A stretch of DNA of 64,000 nt, taken from positions 22,678,537 through 22,742,536 of the forward strand of contig JBHGNT010000007.1 in the NCBI GenBank assembly GCA_043228905.1, in the 5' to 3' direction. The notes below the pieces were generated by a model that was given only the letters and a program-made list of their open reading frames with translations, was not told the origin of the DNA and did not search any database. This stretch comes from Azolla caroliniana (taxonomy: Eukaryota; Plantae; Polypodiophyta). This document shows positions 13,228 through 27,362 of this stretch, piece after piece (the first letter of the stretch is position 1; the number at the start of each line of letters is the position of its first letter). Both the position numbers and the translations under genes were made by a program.

Positions 13228-13630
13228 TACCCCCTTTAAACATGCCCCTTGAGTCCAACCAGACACTCTGTGAAGAACTCTTGTTAGTTAAACATGCGAT
13301 CCAAGCAACCAATCCTAAGCATAACTGCAACACCCCCCTTCTTTCTCAATCCTTCTATAATTCTCCCCTAAATATGCCCTTGGGGTCCGAACACTCTGTG
13401 AACTCCTGCCAATTTTTCGTTAAGTGTTGTGATTTGAGCAACCAACCGTAAGCATCATTGCAACACACCCTTCCTTCTCAATCCTTCTATCATACCAAAT
13501 TCTCCCCTAAATATATCCCTAGGGTCCAAACACTCCAACCTCTCTTTTGCTAGTTTTTTGACACATGGTGCAATCCGAGCAACCAACCGTAAGCATCTCT
13601 GCACACACCTCTTCCTTCTCAATCCGTTCC
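13228..13630. repeat. Three degenerate ~135-bp tandem units
   Basis: Recurring cccctaaatatgccc..gtcc..acactc...gcaaccaaccgtaagcat..gcaacacccc.ttccttctcaatcc. Confidence 0.75.
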
Positions 13631-14595
13631 GCCGCTTCCATCTTACCAAATTCTAGTCACTCCAACTTGCTTTCTCTTTTTTCAATGCCTAGCAAGGGCC
13701 TCCAAACAAATGGCAAAAACTCGGCATTGTCTTAATAAACACTCGAGAGATACTTCAATGTTTCTTCCTTTTGCTTTGTTTTATTTCCTCCTACTTTTGT
13801 ACTTGTCTCCTTTCTCTCAACCATACAAGATGGCCAGTATTATTGCCCAATAGTCCTAGCAAAAACCCACATATTCCCTCATTACTAATAGGCACAATGC
13901 ATAAAAACAGAATACACTGAGACTATAGATGCTATGCCCAAACAAGTGTCTATCTTCCATATGGAACATCCGGTTTTGTGTAAAGAAATACACAAATGAT
14001 GTGAAATTGTGATTTCGACCCCTCTTTCATCTTAAATCTACATAAAAAGCATCCACGTCACCCATACACATAAAAGAAGGGGAGGAACAAGTGACCTCGC
14101 AAATGTCTTCTTTCTAGCACTCATTTGAAACTCTTAGGGACTTGCAAAGCTTTTAGATTAGATTGGATATCGTAAAAAGGTCACATATTCTGCATGTATA
14201 ATGGTATTTTATCTATCCCTCAGTGTCCCATACCTGTTTTCAGTGCTGTGAACAATAATAATTGGAAATGTCGATTCTCAATTTGAGACTAGTATGGAAT
14301 GTAGAAAGCAAGCCAGAGAACTCTAAATGCCCAAGGGAAATGTATATACCCTAGTCACATTTCCACCTATAGTCCAAGAAAATGGTTTCTTTACAAAATG
14401 GTGATGCTCACAGTTCGTCTACCATCGTCCAATGATGTCTTTGTCGCCTTTGTTTTGCACATGATGATTCTTCCTTCATACTAACGATATTTAATCTAAA
14501 CCAATGTCCTACAATATGACCTCATCTCCATCCGCATCACTCTTATGCACATGCATGCATTATGAACACATTACACTCCATGTTAATACATTGAT

Positions 14596-17500
14596 TCAAA
14601 AATCTAAAACCGATGCAGCATTTTGAGGCCCACTGCAAAGAAGAGTACTAAGAGTTTTATTGGTTGAATCTACAACCGAAGTGTCGATAGGTGCTTGATT
14701 CAATTTTTCGAGGGATATTATCTTCCTCCGTGAAAATTTTAATGCATACACAGCAGACTCGGGTACAATGGGTACCTACATACCACAAATAATGAAACAA
14801 ATTATACACTTCATGATTGTTCAGTAAAAAAATACTAGCGTTACGTATGTAACCTGTGTGTTGATTGAAGGGAGTTTTAAGATCCGCAGAAATCCAATTG
14901 TATCGTTGTAATCCGTGATTAACGACATCATGCTTTTGTCATCATCTGTTCCACAATTAAACCCTTTCGTAAGCAATAAACATAAACAAAAAAACTTCGC
15001 ATTCAACTCTCTCCCATATAAAAGAATTCTAATATGGACACAGTTATATGAGGACTAACAGTTTTGATTTCTATGAATATTTGTAGAAACCATAAAACCA
15101 TGACCAAGATGATGATAATCAACGGACAAGATTTCTCCAAGCACTGAAGCCAGGGCTCAGAGTTTAGCGTTCAGATCTATATCAACATGAACCCTAACTA
15201 TGCTAGATTTCTCCAAGCACTGAAGCTTAGCTTCAGGGTTTCTACAAATGTTCAAGATCAATGACACTAAGCAACTTTTGATATGTTTTTATGATGAGAT
15301 AGGTAAAAATAACATTAGATCTGATCCACCACCTGGCACAGCCTCCACAGATAATAAGATATCCGCCATGTGTTGCCACCGAACAGAGAAGTTTGAAGAC
15401 AATAATGAAGCAGGAAAGGTGATCATGGCTACAGTATTCGAAGCTCGAACTAGCCCCTTCAAAGACTGCAAAAATCTTAGCATCTCCCAGTCCTGTGTGC
15501 AAGAATATAGATAGATATTAGAGCTTATTAGATTTTATGACAAATATTGATATATTTTAATAACTTAGTTCTAAATCAAGATCCGACTTTATGGGAACAG
15601 ATCTGACTCAGTCCAATACCAATTTTTCATTGCAACCAATCCATCGTAGCCTTGAGTATCAATACCGACTTTGATTCATATCATATACATGTGCAATATG
15701 CACACCACAAGACTTGAAAAATACTTCAATCAAATGGAAGTTAATAATCCGACAAACACTATCGATCATACCTTATCATAGTATAACCCTTGAGGAGAAC
15801 ATAACGATTGTAAGGCAACACGACCAATTTGCTGCATGTCCCTATATAGAGAAAATACCTCATTACATGTCATAGATGTTCAAACCAAAATGATTCATCA
15901 CATACATTTAAGCCATATAGGTTTATAACTTAGAGATGCATATCTAGCTTATAGATTTGACAAAAAGTTGTGTTATGTAAGTGATGAGGGCATATGAGAC
16001 TCCCTGCAAGTCTACTTGAAGGTATCTGTCCCAATCACTCTATTTCTGTCTTGTTTAGTCACGCCTAGAAATGAGTTGAATGTTTCTTTGATGTGAATAA
16101 ACAAGTTGACAACGTAGAATTGTGATTTTTCTATTTGCAGGTTAAAAACAACAATGTACAGAGATGTTCTTTTGCTCATTGGAAACAGATTCTGAATGTT
16201 GATAAAGAAACCAATCCCAAATGGTAGGGTGACTAATTGTGATGAAAAATAATAATGGTTCAATGCACAGTGAGCATTTGGAAAGTTCCCTTACAGTCTT
16301 TTATTCTTGCAAATAAGAAAGTAGAAATAAGATTTTAAACAAATGGGATCACCTCGATAACTTTGAACAGAAACTTCTGCATTTGTCCTGAAGCTGTATT
16401 AATGTCGTGTCTATTTGAAGATTGACACATTCTATATTGCCGGAAGTTAACAATGACCTCTCCACTGGTTTCTTCAGATCAAAAGTACTGCAATAATCAA
16501 TTTTGACACCTCCTGCAACCAGCCTTTTCAGAAATAAAATTTCCTTTCTAAATCCATTTCTAATAACATTCTGATTAATCTCATTAAATCAAGATGAAGT
16601 ATATGAATTAATACCCCGTGATTCCTGCATTAGCTTTTGCTGCTGAGCACGGCGGTCCTCTAAAGATTGTTGTTCATCAATGAATTTGCGATACTGCCAA
16701 GCAATTCTCAACCCTTCTGACTAAAAAATCGCAAACAATATAAAAAAATTTAGCAAGTGCATACAATGTAATAATAAATACAGGGAACATCCATAAAATA
16801 GTTTGCAATAATGAGATTTATATATACACATATCATACATAATGCTGAGTTTTTCAAACCTGTTTCACACGATTGTAAACAAAACAAAGCATCAAATGAG
16901 AAACTTGTAAAACAATGACAAGAGTTAGGGTTTGGTTGAAGATATTAAAAGTTCACATTTGCCTAAAGGCATAGAAGGCCCTTCCCCCACTTTTTCTGTG
17001 TCTACATTGTTATCTATCTTTGTGTACCTTGATCTTAAATTAAATGTATGGATCAGTCAGCATACTCTAGGGTTTGGGTCAGTTAGTCCAAGGCCAAAAT
17101 TTTGGATTCTACATGGAGAAAGGTTATTGTGTTTGTTTTACAAAAATAACGTTCGTGATCATTCATTTAAGTGCATTGGAAACAATACCCTCAATGAATT
17201 TATTGTTTATACTTTACATTGATTCTCAGGGCTGTTCGAATTGGGCGCATTGGACCCCTTTAGCTCTGGTATAACACACCCATAGTTACGAAGGACCATC
17301 ACCTTGATAATCTGTTATGGATAGTATTGAACAAGAGCTTATCGACCTCTGTAAACCTTCAGTAGAATCATCAATACATAGTGAGCCTCTAGAAGCCCAA
17401 TCTTGATTTTTTTTCACGTGTGTTTTTGAAGAAACTTAACTCGGATTTGTCCACTTGCAATCTTTTTCTTAGTCTGTGAATGGATGGGACCTGCATTTAA

Positions 17501-19325
17501 TTTTCCTTTCAAATATGATTTAGTTGTCGAGATGGGGTTTGCACCAATACATATTCGATGTACATAGAGAGAAACGTAAATGTTTTCAAGTGAAGCAAGG
17601 ATATTCAGGAATAAAATATCCATCCGTTGATTCAATAAAGAACTTTCGTAGGCCTCAGACCTTTTGGATCTCAACTGCACAAAATGGAGTCATTTTATCG
17701 AAATGGACATTGTGAAACTGTACACAGAACAATCCTCGCTGAACCCATCACTCCCTTTAGGAACAACAATAGAAGATTACTAGAATTGATTGCTACACAT
17801 ATCATCAGATGAGTTCCCCTGTCCCAGCTATACAGATACCAATCTCTCACATAGCATATGTAGCATAATTGAAGAGATCTGCATGTCATCACACCAACCA
17901 ACTGCAGACGGATACAAGAATTTATGAAGAGCTGGAACCAAATGACTGCCTCTGCCAGATATGCTCTCCAGAGGCAGGAACAGAGGAACAGATATTTCCC
18001 TGCCCTGTAGTCTATGTAACAAGAGGACACGACTGCCTCTTTAGGGAAGGCCTTGGACCCTTAAACCAAATCATAGAGATTTGAGGACCAGAGATTCCTG
18101 GGACATTTCATGCTTGACTACATGGCTACTAGGAGAGACTCTCAAGCCATGAAATACACCTTCCAAGGGAATAGGAAACAAGCCAACCCAACCAGACAAA
18201 AACATCAGTAACTTCTTCATAGGCATAGCTCCAGCCACATCTGTCCCTCGGAACTCAAAACACCCTAGCGAAATTATCCTGGAAAGGCTACAGCACTAGA
18301 ACCTCGTCTATAAAAACCTCACAATCCTAAAAAGACAAGAGCCATCAATACTCTTCATGGGAGTAGTAGACTCTCCTATTGTAAGCATTTTGATCTAGAA
18401 TATCCAAGGATGAACATATTGAGGACATACCTCAACTTTAGTGCTTAATTTTGATCTAGACTCTCCTATTGTAAGCATTTTGATCTAGAATATCCAATGA
18501 TGAACATACTGAGGACATACCTCAACTTTAGTGCTTAATTTGCTATCATATTGTTTCATGATGAGATACAATTATCTCCGTTGTATACAATTGTACAAAT
18601 GGTTTTGGTTTCATAGGCTCATTTGTCCCGACTCCCTTCACAAACAAATGAGAATAATATTTCATTACTTTCTTTCTTTTTCCATTTCATTTATTTCAGC
18701 ATCTTCTTCCAAACTCCATATTTTCTGTGGTTTTCACCTTCCATTGAGGTTTCCCACGAGCCACGGAGCGTAATGTATAACAAAATTAATAATGTATTAT
18801 GTGAGATGGAAAGAAAAGGCATAAGGATCTTACCTCAGAACTCTTTGAAGCGGCGGTGCTAGTGTTGTCATGTAGGTTTTCTTTAGACTTAGAGAGGCCA
18901 GGAAGGGTTCCTAAGAACGCCTGTGATGACGAGGTTGTGCTCCCAAAGAGGAGGGGTTGTCGATGCACAAGGCCCTGCGCCATGAAGTACCTCAGGAGGA
19001 GCATGTGATGCGGTGCGTTGATATCTTCCATTACCATCACCAAGCTTCCAACAGGAAATCCACCACCGACGATTTGTGTGAAATTCATCAAAGAAAACCA
19101 AGCCCAAAAATCACGCCTGAATTGGAAATTAGGGTTTTGCATGTGAAATATAAAATGAATTTTTTTTAACAAATCACTACCAAAAAAAAGGATATTATCC
19201 AAGTCCGAGAAGCCGGAGGAGACGAGGAAAGTGCCATGGGGCCCTGGTTTGCAGGAGGAGGAAGGCAGCAAGCTGGGAGCAGCTCCTTTCCTGGTGAAGC
19301 TAGAGCTTGAGTTGTGGGAAGCCAT
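14596..19325 (-). CDS. ELP4: Elongator complex protein 4 (~379 aa)
   Basis: Exons 19325-19196, 19075-18834, 16720-16615, 16512-16353, 15841-15772, 15492-15333, 14945-14854 and 14775-14596 (1140 nt, in frame). Motifs [63 protein letters not shown] and C-terminal LDF. Intron 1 is AT-AC. Confidence 0.95.
17750..18130 (+). mobile_element. LINE (RTE-like) 3' remnant in ELP4 intron 2
   Basis: CLCQICSPEAGTEEQIFPCPVVY..RG..CLFREG resembles the C-terminal zinc-binding region of plant LINE ORF2. Confidence 0.55.
18367..18541. repeat. ~90-bp tandem duplication
   Basis: tagactctcctattgtaagcattttgatctagaatatccaa.gatgaacata.tgaggacatacctcaactttagtgcttaattt occurs twice. Confidence 0.9.
19076..19195 (-). 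other. U12-type (minor spliceosome) AT-AC intron, 120 nt
   Basis: 5' end ATATCCTTTT, branch-like TTCTTTGAT about 12 nt from a 3' AC. Splicing restores the conserved DLDKIVGGG. Confidence 0.92.
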
Positions 19326-20997
19326 GGCTGCAGAATTTGAGGAGGCTGAGAAAAAGACAGAGAGATCAAAGAAGAGGAACAGGGCAACAAGGAAACATGT
19401 ATATCATATGTATATCAATATGTATGTACATTATACATACTGTATACATATATATAGAAAAGAAAAGAAAGAAGGATATCCATATACATATGTATTAACA
19501 TCTTCTAAGACCAAATTTTGGGCCATAGAGAGACCAGCACTAGTTATGTCCGATTGTCCATACATACCATCCATCGCGCACATGTGAGGTGTTGGGCCGC
19601 ACCCTGCAATAGTGTCTGCTAAATCGGCACATATAGTAAGAATGGTGCTTCGTGACTCTCTCAATGTGCCGAGAATTTTATTGATGAATAAATATATCAC
19701 AATCCAGAGTTCACCACTGTGACTGCCCGAGAAATCCATGAAAGGATTGGACTTGGCTGAAGACGTGTGGTGTACTCGAATCTGATCAAAGGTATAACAT
19801 ATAACATTGCTTCAAAGTGTGATATAGTTATACTCTCGAACTTGTTCGTGCAAACTGATCATAGTCAGTTGCTCTCATCACATGTGCCCCAACTCCTTAT
19901 CTCACATCATAGTGAGTTTGAGCTAAGTTGCATGGAAGCAATGGCGGACAATGAGATGGGCTCTAACGTCAATTGATTTGTGTAGTTCCCTTGTTCAATG
20001 AAGCATATGGTTTTGTACTCAAATCCAACATATGTAATACTATGCGTGACACATGAGCCTCCATGTTTTTCCAAAGTCATGATGGATTGGCATTGCAAAA
20101 AAGCCTCATTCACAATTGAATCTAGTGATGCATAATAAAGCAAGTATATTGCATGTCATTCCAAACCATTTTTCCATATATTGCATCCAATCGAAACTCA
20201 AAATTTTGCTTTTATATGTCTTTTGTATCTTTTGCTTGCTTCCCATCAATTTTGGGATGGAAGTGTGTGGACAAATTTAAAGAAGATTCATGCTTGGAAG
20301 GAAATTGATTATGTGCCTCTACATACAATGGCCTAGTGGATGGAGTATATTGTGTGGTGGGGGTCCAAGATATCATGGTTTTGTGCAACCAACCCCCTTT
20401 CCAAAGCTTGTATTGCTCACTTTAATGAAAACGTGCAAGGTCTGATGTATGCCCCAAATTGGCATCTCATGGAATGGTTAAACCAAGAATATCAATATAA
20501 CGCATATATTCTTCAAGAGCAACTTAACTATACCTTGACAAAAGAAGAGCCATGTGACAAGGCTATAAAGGAATTCTAGTGTCATCCACTAATTGCTTTG
20601 GTGGTAATTTGATTGTTGTCATACATTACTTTTAAGAAAATATGTTTGGGATAAATTCAAAACTGAAAATAAGAAGAAATCATTTTGTCAAAACGATTGC
20701 TCAAACCCACAATCTTAATGAATGAAAGCACACGCCTTACCACCACAACCCCATTCTTATATACTTGGAACTTTAAATCTTTATAAGGAAAGTGGCTGCA
20801 TCTAAACTATGATATATAAAGCCAACAGTTGCTTTAATATGCAATGGCTTGTTTGTTTAGGACTCCAAATTTTATTGACATATATTTTCAGTTGATTTAT
20901 CAGCTTGAAACTGCTCAATGGATCAATCATATTTCACTTGTTTTGCAAGTTTAAGACTAATCAATTGATCAAATATTCCATCTCCTTCCCGAGTCGA

Positions 20998-23900
20998 TTA
21001 CAAAGCAAGACCAAACGAATGCAAACTATCCAACAAAAACTTGCAAATCGAAGGGAAAGCTGACATGGTGGTGAGTTCGTGAACATCTGTTCCAGCTGAA
21101 ACTACTTTGCAAAGAGTCCTTTGTGCTCTGAAGAAACCAGTGCTTGACTTCTTCATTTGATGCTCACTTTGGCCAGGATTCTTCAACAAGGATGGTAACT
21201 CTATGACCGTATCGAGTGGCTTCCGAGCAGATGCCCAATTGATGCTATGATGTGCCAAGAATTCCTTTACTTTGTCCGATAACATCTATTCAACAAAGGA
21301 ATTAGTGACTTCGAGCTTACCAACGTTGTTTTTTGTCATTTAAATTTAAAAAACACAGGAAAGACTCCTGGTAACATCTACATATTGCACATGGCATAAT
21401 AGAAAATAATCCCCAAACTTAGGGCATTCTTATTGAAAATTAGGAGACCCATACAGAATTCCAATTAACATCTATATATTGCACAAAACATAGTACACAA
21501 GAATCGGTGACATCGTGAGAGTTCTCTAAAGGGTACTTGATATAACCATTAAACCCTAGGTCTATGTATATGTTGGATTAAACAAGCACCGGCTGACCTC
21601 TTGACTGTTGTCAAAGGAGCAGGTGTTTAGGACCAAAGTAACGTTGGCATTTAACTTCTAGTATCTGCTTGCTTACAATCACAAGAGCTCACATCTCTGT
21701 TGTACAGTCCTTTAGGCGTACTTGTCTACTATAAGTTCTCCATTGCTTCCATCCTATCTGTACGTCATATGGATTTATTGTCGAAGTTCTATCTAAGTGA
21801 CGTTAACAGTCTAGACTCCACCATAGTTATCCAGCCTCAACTTGTTGACGACTCCAGAAATACACTACTTCTCTTTCCATGCCCTATATGATGACATCAT
21901 GAGCATACATTGAACCTTACACCGGCAATATTCTGGAAACTGAACCGTCCATTTCTGGATGACCATGTGGTTGGACAGGTCCAGGCATAACTATGGTTAG
22001 ACATAGACCTAGGGTTTCAGGGTTTTATGAAGGCCCGGCCACCTTTATGTGAGCTCTTTAAAGTGTAGTTGGCCCTTCATATAACCATTTTCAGGCTTGA
22101 CCATAGCTATCTTGACTACAGGTTCTTTCTTCATACCCTAGATGATAATGCAATGAACATACATATAACTTTAGGAATGCCCATATCACAGTCACTAACC
22201 CATGAAACATATCCTCACATTCCAAATCCTAAACCTGTCTATATCTATAACAGAGATCGACCCTTCTTCCTATTTTCTAGTATCATCTAAATCCTAAACC
22301 CTACATGGGAAATTTCAAATTATCTTTACCTCACCACAAGTCTCTGAATGAGCTGAATCTGTAAAAGCCACGGACCGTAATCGCTTCAGGACCTCATCCC
22401 CTATAATCAAAATTCACACTTTAGACAACTTCCTGGTTTCCTATATTCAAGTTCGCAAATAGATATTAATGTATAACCATGATGTTCCAAAATGTTGAGT
22501 GTGCTGACACCGCCATAAGAGTGGGCTACTAAAATGAAATGTTTTGCTGGAAGGTCTTTGCAAACGGCCTTCCAAACATATTTTACATGCGCCTCTGCCG
22601 ATTCATTGTAAGGAATCCCAAAACGCCCCTGTGATATAACACCATCAAAGGTCATACTTATATTTAGATTAACCTTGCCAAAAAATGAAAAAAAACACAG
22701 TAATAGAACACACAAACCTCTTTCATGTCAACAAATGTCTTATTTGGATTCAGCACAATTACGCCAAATGAGTATTCCTTTGCCCAAGCTAATAGATAAC
22801 AAATTCAAAGAATATGAGTTTAGTAATGGTGATAGTTCATTGCCTTATTGTTGTGAGTGGATTGTTATTCATTTATTCATTCATTCATTTATTTATTTAT
22901 TTATTTATTTATTTACTTTTTTATTTGCTTATTTATTTACTTACTTATTTATGTATTTATTCACTTATTTATTTGTTTATTTGTTTGTTTGTTTGTTTGT
23001 TTGTTTGTTTGTTTGTTTGTTTGTTAATTTGTTTCTTTATTTATTTACTTATTTATTTGTTTGTTTTTTATAGCATTTATTTATTGTTTTTATTTCTTTC
23101 TTTCTTTATTTATTTATTTATTTTGGGGGGGGTCTCATTACCTAAGAAAGGTAGGACACTTCCTGTATTCAAAGAATCCTACAAAACACCAACAGATCAG
23201 TGACTACCAATCTAGGAAATCTCTGAAATGAAATACAGGGGAATCCCAAAGAACAAGCGAAAGTACCTAGGAATGTTCAATTATATCAACCCCATTCAGG
23301 TGGAAACAACCTTCCAATCCCTTCAAATATTGGAAATTTTCTAATCGGTATAATCTAGCCAAAGCCATCCCTACAAGACATAATAGAGGGAGATGGAGAC
23401 AGACAGACAGACAGACAGAGATTCTGTTATCCTTTTTTGACGTCAAATATAACCTATGAGGCTAAAAATATTACATTTCAGAGGCAGTGATGGAGAGGAT
23501 TGCTGCCCAGATGGTTGTGTTCAGTTTGTAATGTGTTTGACCAATACATTCCACAGCGGCATCTACTGAAAGTAGTGCATATAGTGAGATTCACATCTGG
23601 CACATAGGTTATTAAAAATCTGGCTTTCCATTAGAATACAGCCCTAATGGGGGAAAAATAGAGAGAGTAGACTGTTACAACGGTCTGCTACCTTAACATG
23701 AAAAGCCTAGTGTCTACCTAGAAAACCTCAGACTAACTTCAAGATAGAAACATGTTACAGATACCTGCATTGGAGGTCAGAATGTGTAAATGAATTCTAC
23801 TAGAATAAAATGACTACTTTTAGACCAAATGCCATTAGATTATGCAGAATACTTAACAGGTTACCACTTCCATTCTCTTCAGATACCAATCCTATTTTCA

Positions 23901-26900
23901 TTTTTATAGGCCAATTTTCTGGCCTTATAATTTAGTAATAAATCAAAATTAGCTCATAAACAAAAAAATAATCTAGATTCCAGATTCCCTAAAATCATCA
24001 TTATCATGTCTCAATAAACTGTATTTTATTCATTTCTAATCTCGAACTCTCAAGAGGAGATTGAACCAATTATTTGTAGTGGTGCCTTGGTGACTTTGGC
24101 ATGAATATATTACGTTTATGTCCAATTATCCCAGAAAGAACGTATTAAGTTTGCCTGAATTGAAGATATATACGGTGTAATAACATACAAAATAAAAGAC
24201 TCGCTATCCTTCTGGTTAGCTACAGTAAAGAAAGAGTAACCTTACATTTATGCATAGTTTCCTTGCCCACTGTCCTGCACTGTAAATTGAGATGAAAAAA
24301 ATAGTAAAATATTCAGCAGCAATATAAATAGCACGTTGCATATTCCATATGATAACTAGCCAAGCCATCCATCTCGAATCTACTCACGCAACCCGGCCAG
24401 TTCCGCAAAGCAGAATAAGCACAACATCTGCTTCCTTGTAGTTTGACGATGCAAATATAGGGCAGTGAATTGATTCAACAATATTTTCATCATAATCCTC
24501 CTAAATCCCAACAAATAACAACTACCTTTGATCAAAAATGGTATTGAAGCTAAGGTCTATGTACTTATTAATTAATTTGAAAAGACTTCTAAGTGCCCAT
24601 CAAGATATTGAGGGGTTTACAAGGTGTATGTGGAGCTAAATGCAAACAAAAAATAGGTGTCCCTGCCCATGATACACACAATGGCATGTGAACCCATAGC
24701 AACTCACCACAAAAAAATAATCAATAATCGAATTCCCATTAATAACCACTTACATACATCAAAGAAACTAGCATTGGAATAAGTCCAAACTATGCATGCA
24801 CGCTCTTTATCATTCATTTCAACACTTCATGCTTACAGCCATGCTACGTTTCAACCAATGATTTGTATCTTTACTATATCTTAAGACAAAGAGACAACAA
24901 CTTCAAGTTTCAACCAATGATATTAATCCTTTTAAATCTACGATAATATTTTCATGTCCCTGATTCTTTATTTCAGAATGAAAGAATCTGGGACGTAATA
25001 GAAAGTAGTACCAGGACATCAACCAAGTGCTCTGGAAAAGGGAGTCTGACTTTGATCATATCATAATCCTAGAAATACATAGTAGAAATGTCACGAACAC
25101 AGAGAATATACTTGGTATATAACAAAATATAAAGTGTTCAACCACAAACCTTAACCATGACCTCTTGTACATACTCTGCAACAGCATCAGCAAGCTCCTC
25201 ATAATGATTCTGCGGTATAATGATTGAAGACTATGAATGAAGAATTTCCCATACTTGTGTAGTGGGAGCCTATGAGTCATGAGCATTGAGGAAGGTAGGA
25301 TCATTGAAAAAACAGTGGTACACACACATAACCCACACCAATTAAAAGGCATTTCATAGAAATAACGCTCGTATCAACCAATTACCTGATCAACGAACTC
25401 AAATGGTTCTCCTGCAAGACAAAGCAAGAATGCTTGCTTAATCATTCCCCATAATAGTTTCAAAATTCAGAGCTTTTTTCAATATATAGATGGCACATTT
25501 GGGACAAATTTTAAAGAGCGATGAATTCAAGAAACCTTGGATTTTGTTCGGGCATACGCATAGCTATGGAATAAATATGTGATTCATAGTCAAACACAAA
25601 GCCCAGCCACAAGCCAATCAGCATTCGGTGGTGGTTTTATGTGCCTCCTCAGGTTTAGGATTTATAAAGTTCTAGCTACCCTTCATTTCTTTTTTCTGTT
25701 CATTATGCAAGTGCATCTGGATGCGTACACTGTTCATGCCAAGTTCCCGCTGTTTCGAGTTATATAAAGGGCTTGCAACCCTTGTGCATATATCTTCTTC
25801 CTATTCATGTTTGGTACATGGATATGTCTCTATCCTTGGCTTTGCCCATGGGTCCTGTGAGGGACTCTGGAATAATATTGGATGCAAGGGTTGGCTGCAT
25901 TGTTCAGGAAAATTTACTACAAATTGACCCACTTTCCTTTTCATGATGATATAATGAGAAAATGACTTTTTTGCATTTGGTTCTCATGGGTCATTGAAGA
26001 ACCTCAAAGATGATAATGCAATGCAAACATGAGTTGCATCATTCCGAAAATTTTCTTTTACTCACCAGTTCAGTTTCCTTCCATGCATGAAAACAGGAGA
26101 TAATACAACAAATATATATGGTTTGTAGAAAGTTTTAAATGATCTTGTTGCATTGGTTTTCCTGGATCACATGAGAGATGTCTACATTAATATGGGATGC
26201 AAGTAAGGGCAGTTGCATTTTTTCAGGACATTTTCAGTTACCAGTTGATGGAGTTTCCATTTCATGCGTGAACGAACAGGAAATCGTGAGACAATTGTAC
26301 AATTTTAGAAGAAAGCTTAAATGATTTTGTCAGAGCTGATTGTCTTTATCAATCATTCCAAACAGCAAGTTCAAAAATTAAGCACGCTGGTTTTTTTTAC
26401 ATTAACCCGGAACAGAACCCTTAAATCAAAAAAATCAAAATATGCTTGAATGATACTAAACAGACAATGCAATGCTTAACAGCATATCAGAGAAAAAGGC
26501 TCAGACGGTAGAATAGAGGCTCAAACAAAGAATACTCTGTTCAGCAGCTGTAGATCAATAGGTAGGCCTATACAAAGAAGCAACACTGTCTGAAACATAG
26601 TACAAACTCTTTGCTATCTTGACTAAATAGATTATTCTACCTTTCAAGTCTCCATTACACCTTTTGATCCATTACGTGTTATATCATCTGATCACTCTCG
26701 TTCGAGCATACTATGATCTTGTTGGTTTAACTACCAATATTCTTGAATTCACTCAAAAACAAGTTGCCCTTTCTTGAATAAGCCCTGAAGTACCTACTTT
26801 TTTCAAAGAAGAATAAACCCTAAAAAAAAGACAGTATTTCTTCGATAAAGCCTAAATTGACTATTCCTTTCATTGAATAAACCTTGAAAAATAGATTAAT

Positions 26901-27362
26901 CTTTTGTTTAATGGGCACTAAACACACAAAAGGAGCATCTTCAATAAACCCTATAATTCTTTTTTAAATGACTAGTTGTTTCCTTTTAATAAACCTTAAA
27001 AAAATTAAGACTACGTTTTTCTTGAATAAGTCCTAGAAAAACAGACAAAAAGGAAATCTTGAATAAACCCTGGAATATAAAGATTAAGTCTTCCTTGAAT
27101 AAAGCCTAAACTGAGTAATTTATTTCCTTTGAATAAAACATATAAGAAGAAACAGAAGAAAAGAGAAAACAGAGACAAGACTCTTTCTTCAATAAACATA
27201 AAACACGAAAACTAAAGATTTTCGCCGAATAAAACCCTAGAACAAAAGGTCAGAGTTCAAAGTCTTTCTTCAAGAATTGTAGGGTTTACCTGTGTGGATG
27301 TGACGAAGCTCCAAATCACAATTGAAGCAGTAATCGAGCCGATGCAAAGCCTCCATAGCCAT
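20998..27362 (-). CDS. FAM172A/Arb2-domain protein (alpha/beta-hydrolase fold), ~307 aa
   Basis: Exons 27362-27290, 25411-25386, 25209-25150, 24500-24388, 24279-24246, 23178-23142, 22788-22718, 22628-22478, 22400-22330 and 21285-20998 join in frame; an extra micro-exon near 25030 is possible. FAM172-like motifs: TGEPFEF, HYEELADAV, ILLCGTGRVAAGQWARKLCINDSLNTGSVLPF, GVIVLNPN, HVKYVW, VAHSYGG, VAFTDSAH, VSAGTDVHELT. Confidence 0.88.
21517..22060. mobile_element. Possible MITE with degenerate terminal inverted repeats (intronic)
   Basis: aaaccctaggtctatg at ~21551 is the reverse complement of catagacctagggttt at ~22002, with weaker similarity extending outward. No TSD identified. Confidence 0.35.
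26765..27245. repeat. Degenerate ~40-bp minisatellite in intron 1 of the FAM172A-like gene
   Basis: Recurring ttcttgaataaaccct.aa core, about 10 times. Confidence 0.6.

Noticed and set aside
19770-20600. Possible decayed transposase fragments between ELP4 and the FAM172A-like gene
   Set aside because: No motif or boundary I could assign with confidence.
22674-22717. 44-nt intron using the AG at 22675-22674 in the FAM172A-like gene
   Set aside because: Too short for a typical plant intron. The acceptor at 22630-22629 gives an 89-nt intron in the same phase.
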